DNA of 64,000 nucleotides from an uncultured Nitrososphaeraceae archaeon (GTDB taxonomy: Archaea > Thermoproteota > Nitrososphaeria > Nitrososphaerales > Nitrososphaeraceae). Shown piece by piece: positions 46,108 through 59,710 of this stretch. Both the position numbers and the translations under genes were made by a program. How positions within the stretch are numbered: the stretch's first letter is position 1; each line of letters begins with the position of its first letter. Where the stretch lies: positions 128,001-192,000 of the forward strand of contig CAWGVG010000014.1 in NCBI GenBank assembly GCA_963825865.1, written 5' to 3'. The notes beneath the pieces were generated by a model, which worked only from the letters and a program-made list of their open reading frames with translations, was not told the DNA's origin and made no database searches.

Positions 46108-46252
46108 CAGGATATAAAAAACACATAATACATTAATAAAAAATTGTGACGAAAATCTTTTTCTTCTTACCTTCATCTACTTTCACCTAATGCTGTTCTC
46201 GTAACAAGAGAGAGACTTATCTAAACATAGCACTGAAGAGAATAGCAAGGAA

Positions 46253-46456
46253 CTAAAGTGGTCGTCTATCCCAGTTCATTTGAAAATCATCGGCAATGTT
46301 TACCGCTTTTCCTTTCATTATATCAATATACTCATCATACGTTGTATTGAAGCCGCAATATTTGCACCTTACTTCAGCCATATCATCGTCTACTTCCGCT
46401 TTTCTCCCACATTGCGCGCATTTTGCCTCAAGGACCATAAAAATAATGATGGGCAA
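46253..46456 (-). CDS. Small zinc-ribbon protein
   Basis: CAQCG...CKYCG. Confidence 0.7.
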   Translation of the reverse strand: MPIIIFMVLEAKCAQCGRKAEVDDDMAEVRCKYCGFNTTYDEYIDIMKGKAVNIADDFQMNWDRRPL

Positions 46457-46637
46457 CTAAGATATTTAGATTGCTTCCTAGTCGTCATCTCATTTCTTTT
46501 GTAAACTTAAATTGCCGAAAAAATGGATTCTTGTATACTAGTGTCTCGTTGACGATATGTCATTAATGTTAACGGAAGGCCAAAGCCATCCTTACAGAAA
46601 TTATAATTTATGTGTGTGTGTCTCTATACACATTACT

Positions 46638-47721
46638 TTACTGAACAAACTGAAACCAGTTCTTGCGAGCCTTGTTTAATTTTCCTATTATAGGAATACG
46701 ATAACCACAGTTTTTGCAACAATTGTTGTCATCAAGGTTCCACGAGCCTATGCTAAATCCATAACGTTGCACGGCAATGTTCTTGCATTCTGGACAGTAG
46801 GTGTGTTCCAGCGGATGGCCAGGAACATTTCCAATATATGCGTATTTTAATCCTTCTTCTTTTGCAATAGCGTGGTGTTTTTCCAAAGTTTCAATTGGTG
46901 TGTCATCAAATTCCATCATCTTGTAATCAGGATGGAATCGCAAAAAGTGAATTGGGGTATCTGGTCCCAGTTCCTCACAAACAAATTTACATAATTTCCT
47001 TGCCGCTTCTGAGATCATCGCCGACTTGGGGGACAATAGAATCAGTAATTTCAGTATGAATCCTTGTCCTGTCTCTAATTTCCTTTAATGACTGAAAAAT
47101 TGGATTAGCATTTGGAATTCCAATATATTGCCTTACAAATTCCTGCTTGCCACTTCCCTTAAAGTCCACTGTGATGCAATCCAAGAATTTGCTCATCATC
47201 GTGATCGATTCCGGAGTATCGTAGCCATTCGAAACAAAGATGTTGAAGATACCTTTTTTATGAGCTTCAATTCCACAATCTTTTGCAAATTCAATAAAAA
47301 TTGAAGGCTCGTTATATGTATATGCGATTCCCTGAGCACCGTAACTTGCTGCACTATCTACAACTTGCTCGGGTGTCATCTCTACACCTTCTACTTTACG
47401 TCGCTGTGATATATCGTAGTTCTGACAATATTTACAAAGCCAGTTACATCCTGTTGTAGCTATTGAGAAAATAGATGCACCAGGTCTATAATGAGTCACC
47501 GGTTTTTTCTCAATCGGATCAATATGTCCTGCAATAACTCTACCATATACAAATAATTGTAGTTTGTTATCTACTACTCCTCTAATGCCACAGAGTCCGA
47601 TTTTACCTTCAGGTATCTCACACAGTCGAGCACATGCGGTACACTTTACTCTGCCGTTTGGGAGTTTGGTGTAAAGTTCTGCTTCTTTGCCTAAAACATC
47701 GTTTCTTTGCACAGCATTCAT
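46638..47721 (-). CDS. amrS: AmmeMemoRadiSam system radical SAM enzyme (frameshift near 47030)
   Basis: [49 protein letters not shown]. Confidence 0.9.
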
Positions 47722-48287
47722 TATATCGCAGTCTATTCTTATAAACCCTCATGGAATGAAGAGATTGCTTATAAATCATTATAGATTGCATCGACTAGAT
47801 GCTAAGATTATAAGAATTATTATACATAATTTCGCAACAAAAAGTTATTCCTTCTTCTTTCACTTTCGACTGTTAAGCGTATGGCCAATTTAATAAGTCT
47901 TAAAAGATATTTGATGCTAGTCGCTGCTATTGTAGATGGTACAACTTCTTATGCTCCGCTTCATTTTCTGATTGTAAAACCATAATCAGTTCCATTTCAT
48001 CGTCTATTGTAGCTATCATTGCTTCCCTCCCATAAAATGGAATTTCATTCCATAATGATTTTTGGCTACTTGCTTCTTTTTTCTCCACTTTCATTGTCTT
48101 CATTGGTAATCTTTATTCAGAGCATCAATTAATACTTTGAAGTTTATATAGTATTTGCTTATCGATGCCATATGTAGAATTCAATCATATAATACCATGA
48201 ATGTTATTGTATTTTGACGTACAACAGATGAAAATATCATAAGTTTAATTACTAACATTGTGCATAATGTGAATGTAGGTATTCTGT

Positions 48288-49451
48288 ATGCTAGCTAATA
48301 TTGTCCACATTAGCTTGAATACTTGTGGAGGAAGTGAGCGTCTTGCAATTACCGTGATGCAGGCTCTATCAAAAATCGGTATCCAGTTTGACCTTACTAC
48401 GTTTGAGAAACCCAATATGTTCAAACTAGATACTGCGTATGGTAAGGCTGTTGCTTCAGTTATTCAAGGAATTAGAAAAGTAAACGTCTTACGATCTTTA
48501 GAGAAGGTGGATATAAAAAAGCACTATGACCTTACTATAAATACACATGGAGACATGCTTCCTTATTTCGCTTCTGATTTTTCAAAAAATAATTCTATCA
48601 CGTATTGCCATTTTCCACTTGCAAAATATCTAATTAATTCTAAAGACCCGGAGTATACTAGATTTCTGAACAATGCAATTTTGGCTACTATGGTTAATAC
48701 AGATTGCAGTAGCCGAAAATATTTCCAATCGGCTCAAACTGCTTACATCCATATGTTAAGAAATTCTACTGTGCTTTCAAATTCGGAATTCAGTTGCAAG
48801 GCGATAAGAAAGGCGTTCGGAATAGACTCTATTTTGCTAAGTCCACCTGTGGATGTAGATTTCTTTCGCAATACTGCATTATTGTCATCCCTTTCCAGTA
48901 AGAGGAAAGACGTAATTCTGGTGGTATCTAGATTCCACCCATCCAAGAAAATAGAAAATGCAATTAGACTTGCAAAACTATTAAAACAATATGAAATTGG
49001 AAGTGGTATGAAAATTGTGGGAAATCTACCTCCTAGCAGATATGGATATTATTCATATCTGAAACAAATGGTGCAGGATTATAATTTAACAGATTATGTG
49101 ACGTTCGAAATCAACGTAAGTTTTAGTAAGTTAATTGCATTAATGCAAGAATCTAAAATATACTTTCATCCACTGCCAGGAGAACCTTTTGGAATATCTA
49201 CAGTAGAGGCAATGAGCGCAGGATTAATTCCTGTTGTACCAAATATTGGAGGACATACGGAATTTGTACCCCCAAAATATCAATTCCGTACGTTTGGTGA
49301 GGGTGTTGAAGCCATTGTGTCTGCCTTGAATGCACCTAATTCTGAAAGAATCCTAATCAGCGATTCAGTAAGAAAATATTCAATACAAAGTTTTATTCAA
49401 CGTTTCCAACACATTGTAAATTCACTGCCTACTACTAAAATTAAAATTTAA
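48288..49451 (+). CDS. Glycosyltransferase family 4 (ALG11-like)
   Basis: GGSER, YCHFP, NSEF, SRFHPSK, EPFGISTVEAMSAG. Confidence 0.9.
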   Translation: MLANIVHISLNTCGGSERLAITVMQALSKIGIQFDLTTFEKPNMFKLDTAYGKAVASVIQGIRKVNVLRSLEKVDIKKHYDLTINTHGDMLPYFASDFSKNNSITYCHFPLAKYLINSKDPEYTRFLNNAILATMVNTDCSSRKYFQSAQTAYIHMLRNSTVLSNSEFSCKAIRKAFGIDSILLSPPVDVDFFRNTALLSSLSSKRKDVILVVSRFHPSKKIENAIRLAKLLKQYEIGSGMKIVGNLPPSRYGYYSYLKQMVQDYNLTDYVTFEINVSFSKLIALMQESKIYFHPLPGEPFGISTVEAMSAGLIPVVPNIGGHTEFVPPKYQFRTFGEGVEAIVSALNAPNSERILISDSVRKYSIQSFIQRFQHIVNSLPTTKIKI

Positions 49452-49678
49452 ACAGAGCAGGTTTAACAGTACTTTTACTTCAACTTTATCAATCATCAAC
49501 TTTTAACCATCAAGTGCCATTGATAGTTGGAATACCATTAATCACTCTTCATCTATCCACATATTGGCTTTTGTTTATAATACCTTTAGCTTGAATAATG
49601 TAATCCTTTTTACTTATACGTTGATTTTCTCAAACCAGCATATAATTTGATAAATGATCAATAACAGTAATAGTACTG

Positions 49679-50341
49679 ATGAAACTTAAAGAGTATGAAA
49701 TCAATCCTGCCCTAATAGTAATAGATGTCCAAAACGGCTTTGTTAGCAAAGGTGGTTCATATGATCTGTTAGGCATAGAAACTTCGCATTATAGAGAGGC
49801 TGTCCCTAAAATTCGCGATCTGATCATCATTTGTAGAAATGCTGGAATTCCAGTTTTTTATACTCAGGCTGTGAGAGAATCTTCTGGCATCGATCTTTTA
49901 ACAAAGACCCACAAAATTCTGCCTAAATCTAGGGAGGAGAGGATAATGAAGAGACCCATTTGCATAAGGGGAACATGGGATGGAGATATCGTCGATGATA
50001 TTAAACCAGTTGAGGGAGAGCACGTAGTTATGAAGAGAAGAGATTCGGCTTTTCATGATACAGAAATAGAGGTTTGGTTAAAGAGCGTTAGAGTAGATAC
50101 TTTGATCTTCTGCGGCATTGATACATCAATTTGTGTAGAGACTTCTTTACGAGAAGCATTTAACGTTGGATATGACATAGTTCTCGTTTCTGATGCAACT
50201 GCATCAAGTAATAGAAAGCACTACGAATCAACGCTTGAAAATGTGAAGGACTACTATGGAATAGTAATAGAATTGAAAGAGTTGTACCAACATTTACTAC
50301 CACAAGTTCAAGCCCAAACCAATACAACAAGTAATAACTAA
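49679..50341 (+). CDS. Isochorismatase-family cysteine hydrolase
   Basis: VIDVQNGF, KRRDSAF, TSICVETS triad motifs. Confidence 0.9.
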   Translation: MKLKEYEINPALIVIDVQNGFVSKGGSYDLLGIETSHYREAVPKIRDLIIICRNAGIPVFYTQAVRESSGIDLLTKTHKILPKSREERIMKRPICIRGTWDGDIVDDIKPVEGEHVVMKRRDSAFHDTEIEVWLKSVRVDTLIFCGIDTSICVETSLREAFNVGYDIVLVSDATASSNRKHYESTLENVKDYYGIVIELKELYQHLLPQVQAQTNTTSNN

Positions 50342-50387
50342 AATGATACAGGTGTTCAAGAATTTGGAAGAGGAGTGTATATGATTT

Positions 50388-51542
<1,155 letters not shown>

Positions 51543-53534
51543 TTACCTTATACTAGTCCTTTTTTTTGGTTTATCGAATGTATCGAGTGTAATTTGATCC
51601 TTTGGAGTAATATTAGTCTTTTTCAAGTTTCTGCTTTTTTTGTTCGATTGCCTACTATTTCGCGCTCCTGTATGAAGAGTATAGTTGTCTCTATGCTCTT
51701 GTAGGTATTTATCTTCGACCTCTGTTGTTGACTTGTCTTTTACCTCTTCCTCAATTCTTTCTCCTGTGATTTTATCTTCTTTTTTTGTAATTGGAGTATC
51801 GGTAATTTCACCTTTGATATGTTTTTCTGCGAGTTTAGTAAATGCTTCAGAAAGTTTATTCGAATCAACCTTAATTGATTCCGAAATTGCGTTAACTATT
51901 AATGGAATATAATGTTTATAAAGATGCAGTCGGCTTTCTGCATCTTTTATGCGTAATTCTTTGCGAATCTGAGCGCTTACTTTTCGATATAGATCAGCTA
52001 AACATGCTTTCATGTATCGCTTCAAGTCACCTTCTGATGCAATACTCTCTTTGCCTGCCGTCTTGTAGGGAATTTTAGTAGAGCAAATATGGAAGAATAT
52101 ATGAATAGGAAGTAATTCTACAGCTCGATCAGACTTTGAACCTGGATTTGCAAATTGTTCCTTTACTTCTTTTTTTGAAATTCCCATTTTGTTAATTTCT
52201 ACTTCAGAAACAACTTCTCTTGCTACGTCTGAACCTTCGTCATACAACAATGGAATCTTGTTTGCAAATCTATGGAGTTTAAATGAGTTTATGTCTCCAC
52301 CGTAGGCAATTCCACATTCCACAATGGTCGGCCTATTATTGACCACACATATTCTAGATGAATAACTTGTCATTGCAGGTTTCAATATCTTGATTGCTAA
52401 TTGTGGTTGCGATTGTTCATTTATATTTGCGTGTTTGTTTGTAACAATAGTATATTCTGAGGTCATACCTGCTGTTAGAATTTCTTCTCCAATTGGACTA
52501 AGATGATCGGTGTTTGGGGTCTGGAATTTGGTCTGTTTGCAAATATTAACAACTTTAATTAATTCGTGTTCATCGTATTTATCAGCAGTCTTGATCCCTA
52601 CTCCAGCTTTTGTAATAATTTCCTTAGCCTTTTCACCAGACAGTTTTTGGAATGAATTACATAATACACCTTGTAGGGTTGTCTTTTGATTCATGAAGTT
52701 GACTATTGCTTTTTTTAGTGTTTTTAAGTCCATATCAGCAGGATGCGGCAATACTTCCTTTGCAGGAGGGGGCATTATTTTTGTTCGTCTATCAAACACA
52801 ACCTTGCCTTCATCGGTTTTAAAAGTCAACAGAGCATATGGATTGACAATACTAGTTTGGCTAATGTAATCATAGATCTTATTCTTTGTGATTGGAGATA
52901 GGCGAGCACGTAAGACTGCTTCAATTTTAAAACCAGACATACATTTGATTTGACATTCATCGGTTTTCAGTGCTTTCTTTGCAAGGACGATTGGTTTGTT
53001 CGTACCGATATCTGTTCGAAGTTCAAAATAATATTCTGCTCCTTCCTCTTGTGATTTAGTCCAGGCTTTGAGCGGATGATCTGTATCTTTGGTAGAAAAT
53101 GCTGCAATCATTTTCAACCCTACGCCAAAAAGGCCGCGTTGTTGTCTTTCCACATATTTACCAGAGGTCAGAAAAGAACAAACTGCTACAGGAACTTTAT
53201 CAGCAGGGATACCAATACCATTATCTTCGCAAGATATAAACCACAGGTCATTCTCTGCATCTAATAAATTTAGACACAATGAAATATTTGGCAAGATATG
53301 ATTATTTTCGCAAGAATCAAGAGAATTCTCAATTAACTCTCTCACCGCCATGTAGAGGATACGCTCGCCAGAAAATCCAGCAAGCGCAGAGTTATCGACA
53401 AAGAACTCTGACTCAGCTTTTTTATTATAACGAACCTTTCCTTTGCCATTATTTGGAACGGTTGTTACGGTAGTTACTGGTTTAATGTGTAGCAGGAGCA
53501 AGTTCAAGCATCTGCCTTTGGTTTCAAATGGCAA
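51543..53534 (-). CDS. top6B: DNA topoisomerase VI subunit B (start uncertain)
   Basis: RELIENSLD, EDNGIGI, QRGLFGVG, RFANKIPLLY, STKIPYKTAGKE. Confidence 0.95.
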   Translation of the reverse strand: MPFETKGRCLNLLLLHIKPVTTVTTVPNNGKGKVRYNKKAESEFFVDNSALAGFSGERILYMAVRELIENSLDSCENNHILPNISLCLNLLDAENDLWFISCEDNGIGIPADKVPVAVCSFLTSGKYVERQQRGLFGVGLKMIAAFSTKDTDHPLKAWTKSQEEGAEYYFELRTDIGTNKPIVLAKKALKTDECQIKCMSGFKIEAVLRARLSPITKNKIYDYISQTSIVNPYALLTFKTDEGKVVFDRRTKIMPPPAKEVLPHPADMDLKTLKKAIVNFMNQKTTLQGVLCNSFQKLSGEKAKEIITKAGVGIKTADKYDEHELIKVVNICKQTKFQTPNTDHLSPIGEEILTAGMTSEYTIVTNKHANINEQSQPQLAIKILKPAMTSYSSRICVVNNRPTIVECGIAYGGDINSFKLHRFANKIPLLYDEGSDVAREVVSEVEINKMGISKKEVKEQFANPGSKSDRAVELLPIHIFFHICSTKIPYKTAGKESIASEGDLKRYMKACLADLYRKVSAQIRKELRIKDAESRLHLYKHYIPLIVNAISESIKVDSNKLSEAFTKLAEKHIKGEITDTPITKKEDKITGERIEEEVKDKSTTEVEDKYLQEHRDNYTLHTGARNSRQSNKKSRNLKKTNITPKDQITLDTFDKPKKRTSIR

Positions 53535-53982
53535 AACTAGTTCTATAACTCAATTTAACTTTTTACAATGTTCGATTTAACTTTTTACGACAAATTTGTT
53601 GACTTGGATACTATAAAAGAAGAAGAGTGATATCAAAACTGCGAGCCATATGGAGTAGTTGCATTTTTCAGTTCTTGTATTTTAAAACTTTTGATCTCGA
53701 TTAGAAATCGTCTCTTAGTTCTTTTGTACCACAATAAAGTCAGATCCAGATCCGACAACATTTCCACCTACTAAATGTTTTAGATCGACCATGCCATTAC
53801 TTAGCCAGCTCATTAAAAAATATTATAGTCCATTAACATAACAAGAATTTAACAAACTATATAATATAATATATAAAAAATGCTGGAATAAAACCTACCT
53901 ATTTTTGCAAAAATTCTTCCAGCATTCAGTCCAGTATCATATACGAATTTTTATCATGAGTTTTTATAGATTTTTTCTAGTA

Positions 53983-54031
53983 AACAACACATTTGCAGTT
54001 CCCGAATATCCTCCAAACCAGACATGTTGTC
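53983..54031 (-). repeat. 49-bp exact inverted copy of 55261-55309
   Basis: Reverse complement reads GACAACATGTCTGGTTTGGAGGATATTCGGGAACTGCAAATGTGTTGTT. Confidence 0.85.
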
Positions 54032-54439
54032 ATATACAATAATAGCAAATAACTTCAATAATATATTGGCTTCACTTATATAGGGTATAAGAAGCTAGGA
54101 TATGGAGGAGTAAAGTCCAATTAATTGAAATATTAAATGGTGAATTTATGAATAAAAGGACAATAATTATAGTCGCTGTTGCATTAGTAATAATAGCAAT
54201 AGTTATTGGATTGTTATGATGATCTTCTGGCATATAGACTCATTGCTGCAGCACCTGATTGTTTTCGGAAGTATGACAAGATTTACTTTTTCCCAATTAA
54301 TAGATTCAATAATCCTTATTTGTTGACAAAATTACTAACGATAAATAGAGATTGTAATTCTATAAAATAGATAAAGTTGTTATTAGCATATTAATAATAT
54401 TAAACCTATTAAAATGTGGCTTAACTAAGTTATGTTATA

Positions 54440-55493
54440 TTGGAACTGGTATTTCATAACTCTGTCCATCATCTTCAATCGCTGATGGCTGACTGTCATG
54501 AGTGTCCAGCATCCTCTCTTAAAGTATTTGGGCAACCGTTAATTGTGAGAAATGTACAAGTAGTCAATAATATCCTTGGTGTTGATAAAGTTATGATACC
54601 ACAAGGCTTTTCTGATGTAGCAAAACTAATTCATGATAATTTTCCTTCTATTGATGTGGAGCAATTCTGTGACGATAGCAATTATAGTAATGATAATAAA
54701 AATAAACATGAGAATAATAATAGTTATAATATTAGTAACAATAATGAGTCATCTCCTGCAGCCACCACTACTATTGTTGACACTTATCCGTTAGTTAGAA
54801 ACAATGGTCAAATCATAAAAAGAGAAGGTTACAATTATAATAATAAAGGTAAAGCGAAGTTTGAAGTTGCTGTAAATACATTTATTCATTATTCGTTAGA
54901 AAGAGCATCTTTTCTAATAGATTCTGTTGTCTATCCCTGGGATTTTTTAAAAATTATCCAAAAAGTACTTTATGAGAATATAAGAGAAACAAGGATTTCC
55001 CCAAACGCATCAATTGCTAAATCAAGCATAATTGAAGGACCATGTATAATTGAAGATGGAGTTACAATTGATGACTTTTGCAAGATAAAAGGACCTACAT
55101 ACATTGGCAAAGGCGAGCTTTATTGGCATGAGTTCGCTTATTAGAAATTGCATGCTAGGCGAGAAAACAAGAATCGGATTTAATTGCGAAATCGCTAGAT
55201 CATATTTTGCAGGCTGTGATAAAATGGCGCATCAAAATGTAATACTTGATAGCATAATAGGACAACATGTCTGGTTTGGAGGATATTCGGGAACTGCAAA
55301 TGTGTTGTTAAACCAGCAAAACATAAGGTATGAAGTATTTGGTAAACTCATAAATACCGGAATTAATCACTTTGGTGCCATAGTTGGTAATAATTGCGCA
55401 ATCGGTGCTTCCGTAATAATTCTGCCAGGAAGACAAGTTCCCAGTAATTCTATAATTCAGGCAGGAACAATATTTGGTAAGAAATGTATGTAA
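54440..55493 (+). CDS. GlmU-like/NDP-sugar synthase-like protein with left-handed beta-helix (frameshift near 55115)
   Basis: YPWD, hexapeptide repeats IIEGPCIIEDG..., GAIVGNNCAIG. Confidence 0.8.
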
Positions 55494-55857
55494 AGATATA
55501 ACAATGCTATTCTTGCCGACAATCCGACATAGATATTACATTCACGAGCATCTCAATGAAATATTAATTATAAGGAAATAGGCGTATATAGTAAAATTAA
55601 TAGGCATTAAATATCGTCTATACGTGTGCTAAACAGCTAAAGACCATAGCCAAGCAGTTAAATGCAAATTTAATATTTAAAAAACAATTGCCAAAACATC
55701 TTGATGTCCATCCTATGAAAGGAATTACTGAGGATATAGAAAAATTCCAGATACCAAATTAGTAACGTATCAATCTATATTCTGAGCTAAAACTAAAATG
55801 TTATGGGTAACATGTGGTTACAAACAATAGAAGCACCTTGTTCAAAATCCTCAATGC

Positions 55858-56360
55858 ATGTTTTTTATGGCAAATAGTTATATAATTTTTGTTAAAGAAT
55901 CATGTAATGACAAGAGATTTCAAAACCTTACTTTAGGTGTTGGATTCCTGGCAGCAATGTTGGTCTTTAGCATGGCAACAGCCACTGGAGCTATTATTAT
56001 TATTGCTCTACAGGCATTAGCTCAAAGAGATGGTGGTAGTAGTAGTTAATCTATCGGAGGCGGTGACTGCATCTTGCGGGGGTAGTAACTAGTTACCAGC
56101 TCATCATAAGTGCTCAAACACATCTTGCTCAGGCTATGACAGCCTTACAAAACAAAAATACTACGGGGGCAATAATGCAGCTGAAATTACTTAATCAATC
56201 GTTAACAACATTATCGACAGGAGCAGGAGGTGTGGCAACATCAGGCGGCATCCCTGGTCCTGTTCCTGTTCCTGATCCATCAGGCGATAGCTCTGGTTCT
56301 GGTCCATCAGGTGGCCATGGTGTAGGTAGACTCCAGGTACCGGCAGGTAGCTCTGCTGTG
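55858..56360 (+). pseudogene. Fragmented secreted low-complexity protein
   Basis: Signal-like segment ending ALA|Q, Gly/Ser/Pro-rich fragments in broken frames. Confidence 0.35.
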
Positions 56361-57058
56361 CGGCTCTTTAAAGACTATCATTCAGCTACCTGTATAGTAG
56401 TTTCACACTTAACTTGTTTTAATGACATTGGTCTGAGTAGTTGCTGTTGGTGTGTAAAGATATATCGTATTGTTAACAACGACTTTTAACAGATACAGTC
56501 ATAAAACCCCTCAACTATTTTCAGTATTGCTTTAGGATGATGGAATGGCAGGGGAAGATAAATTTTCTGGATTTGCTACAGATTCTTTACTGTTATTTTA
56601 TATAAAAAAATAATTTTTATGTATTATAACCTTAACCGTTAATTATTCCAATTGCAAACCCCATCGCGGTACTACCAGTCAAAGGAATACTAAGGTTTGC
56701 CATTGTGGACGTTATAGGTAAGATAGATGCAGTAGTAGTAGTGAGCCTTCTCTTCTTTTTGGTAAAAGAAGAAATGCTTGATGAGCAAGACAAATGCAAG
56801 GATATCCAAATCAGTCAGCATCATCGGAATTTCCAAAAATAATTCTTAGTCCTTTTAGAAGACGCTGATGTTTCTTCTACCTTTAGTATTTGGTTATTAA
56901 AAGAAAATTACAAGACAAAGTTACTATAGGCATTATTTATTGAAATTTCAGCTGTTGATGTTGATTCTGCTGCCCAACTATCTCTGAAAAGAAACAGGTT
57001 ATATTTACTATAGTGTGGACAACAATTAATAGGCATTATCTACTGTTTTTTTTATAAA

Positions 57059-58108
57059 ATGGATCTAACTGAACGATTGGATCTTATTATAAGAGACCCT
57101 ATCGAAGAGGTAGTTACTAGAGATGAATTAAAAGGTCTTTTAGAAACTGTAGCCTATCCAAAACATTATATCGGTCTTGAGGTTTCCGGTAAACTCCACC
57201 TCGGTAGCCTTATTTTAACAGGTTTTAAAATTAATGATTTCATCAATGCTCAACTTGATTGTACTGTGTTTTTGGCCGATTGGCATACGTACATTAACAA
57301 CAAATTGGGTGGAGATTGGGATAAAATTAAAAGGATTTCAAATTATTATTCCGAGGTATTCAAGTTTTTCTGTCCCGGTGTTCACATAATGATCGGCAGT
57401 GAACTTTATGATAATACAGGTAGTTGTTACTGGGAGAATTTTGTACATTTTAGCAAGCATATGACTTTATCAAGGATAATGCGTTCGCTGACTATTATGG
57501 GTAGAAGTGAGAGAGATAACCTTGATTTTTCGCAGTTGCTTTATCCTATAATGCAGTCTGTAGACATTAACGCATTGGATGTAGATATTGTTCACGCAGG
57601 AATGGACCAGAGAAAAATCCATATGTTGGCTAGGGAAATATTTCCAAAATTGGGCTGGAAGATTCCAGTTTCTGTTCATCATCATTTGCTTCCTGGTCTT
57701 TCAGAACCTGTCAAATTAGGATTATCGGAAGATACTCCAGATGATGCAAGGATAGCAAGTAAAATGAGCAAGAGAAATCCCACACGTGGAATAATAATTC
57801 ACGACGATGAAAAAACAATAAGAGATAAGATAAATAAGGCGTTTTGTCCTGTTGGCGTTATAGAAAATAATCCTATACTTGAGCTAATCAGATATATTGT
57901 CTTTCATCAGTTTGCCGAATTTGTTATCGAGCGGGCATCAAAGTACGGCGGCAATATCACCTATACAAATTACAGCGATGTCGAGCGAGATTTTCTTTTC
58001 AATAAAATCCATCCAATGGATTTAAAAAATGCTACTGCTATCTACATCAACAAAATAATTGAGCCTATTCGCAACCATTTTAATAGTAAAGAGCCAAATT
58101 TTGATTAG
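57059..58108 (+). CDS. tyrS: Tyrosine--tRNA ligase (archaeal type)
   Basis: YIGLEVSGKLHLG, LADWH, YPIMQSVD, GMDQRKIH, KMSK, HPMDLK. Confidence 0.95.
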   Translation: MDLTERLDLIIRDPIEEVVTRDELKGLLETVAYPKHYIGLEVSGKLHLGSLILTGFKINDFINAQLDCTVFLADWHTYINNKLGGDWDKIKRISNYYSEVFKFFCPGVHIMIGSELYDNTGSCYWENFVHFSKHMTLSRIMRSLTIMGRSERDNLDFSQLLYPIMQSVDINALDVDIVHAGMDQRKIHMLAREIFPKLGWKIPVSVHHHLLPGLSEPVKLGLSEDTPDDARIASKMSKRNPTRGIIIHDDEKTIRDKINKAFCPVGVIENNPILELIRYIVFHQFAEFVIERASKYGGNITYTNYSDVERDFLFNKIHPMDLKNATAIYINKIIEPIRNHFNSKEPNFD

Positions 58109-58313
58109 ATTTCATTATTGTGATCTGACAGCAAAAAATTAAAGTAGTAGTCGTCATAATCAGTTTCAACGTCACAAAAACAATACATTTGCAGCGGCTG
58201 CAACAGAATATTATCATCTGCAAACTTTACATATGGATATAAATGACTAAAAGATACAAAACTGCTGAAAATGTATTTCGGCCACCGATGGAGAAAGGCG
58301 GTATTCTCTAAAA

Positions 58314-59710
58314 TTGATATCATCCAAAGTAAATAATTTATTTCATATACAAAGATTAAATACTGATGGGAGCCCTTTTGACCTTTTTACAAAGATCTAC
58401 AAACTCTACGATAAAGTTTTCATTTTAGAATCTCTTGTGGGTCCAAAAGAACTTTCTGAAATGTCTATTGTTGGGTTTGATCCGGAAGTTATTGTGACTT
58501 GTGATTCAGAGAAATTTAGAATTTCTGATCGTAAAAATAAAGTAATTCGAGAATTCAAATCCACTGAACCCCTTTCCCAACTGAGAAAGATTGTACCTAA
58601 AATAAGTGAAAACTGTTTCAGATATATAGGCGGCGCAGTCGGCTATATTAGTTACGATGCAATAAGATTTTGGGAGCATCTGCCTGTCAAAGGAAAAGGA
58701 AAAGGTAAAAACCTTTCTCCATTATTAAAATTTGGAATTTACACAGATGGTATACTTTACAATCATATAGAGAGTCAAGCCTACTACTTTCATATTGGTA
58801 AAAAATCTCGCCTAACGGATATAGAACAGCTAGTAAAGAAAACCCATAAGGATAACAATAGTAAGAACTTCTCTTATTCAATCCCGAAGAACAATATAAG
58901 CAAGAGCCAATTTATCAAAATGGTCAATAGATCAAAAAAGTACATCTATGATGGTGACATCTTTCAAGTAGTTTTATCAAAGAAAATGAAATTTAATGTC
59001 AAAGGTGATTTGTTATCAGTGTACAAGTCTTTGAGAGAAGTCAATCCATCTCCTTATATGTATTTGATGAAGATGGCTGATACGTGCATTATAGGTTCTA
59101 GCCCTGAAATGCTTCTTCTGTACCACAAAGAACTATGTGGAAACTTTTCCTATCGCAGGAACTAGACCTATAGTAAATGATGAAAAGCGCAATAAAGAAT
59201 CACGAAAAGATTTGCTTAATGACGAAAAAGAAATTGCAGAACATACGATGCTAGTTGATTTAGCGCGCAACGACCTAGGAAGAGTATGCAATTACGGCAC
59301 AATCAGAGTTAGCGATTCTTATGACTGTCAAAAGATTTAGCCATGTTCAACATATTGTGTCACATGTTAGTGGATATCTTAGGAGTGGATGTGATTCATA
59401 TGATGCATTTAAGGCAGTATTTCCTGCTGGAACCGTATCTGGTGCTCCAAAAATACGTGCAATGGAAATAATTGATGAATTGGAACCTGACCTTCGCGAA
59501 GCATATGCAGGTGCATTAGGTTACTTTTCATTCAATGGATCATGCGATTTTGCTATTACCATTAGATCCCTATTCGTTAATAAGAATAAGGCATATATTC
59601 AATCCGGAGCTGGTATAGTAATGGATTCCGTTCCCGAGAAGGAATGGCTGGAAACTGGACATAAGGCTGATGCCATATTGTCTTCACTTAATAAAACAAA
59701 ACATCACTAA
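58314..59710 (+). CDS. trpE: Anthranilate synthase component I family protein (TrpE or PabB; two frameshifts)
   Basis: [65 protein letters not shown]. Confidence 0.8.
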
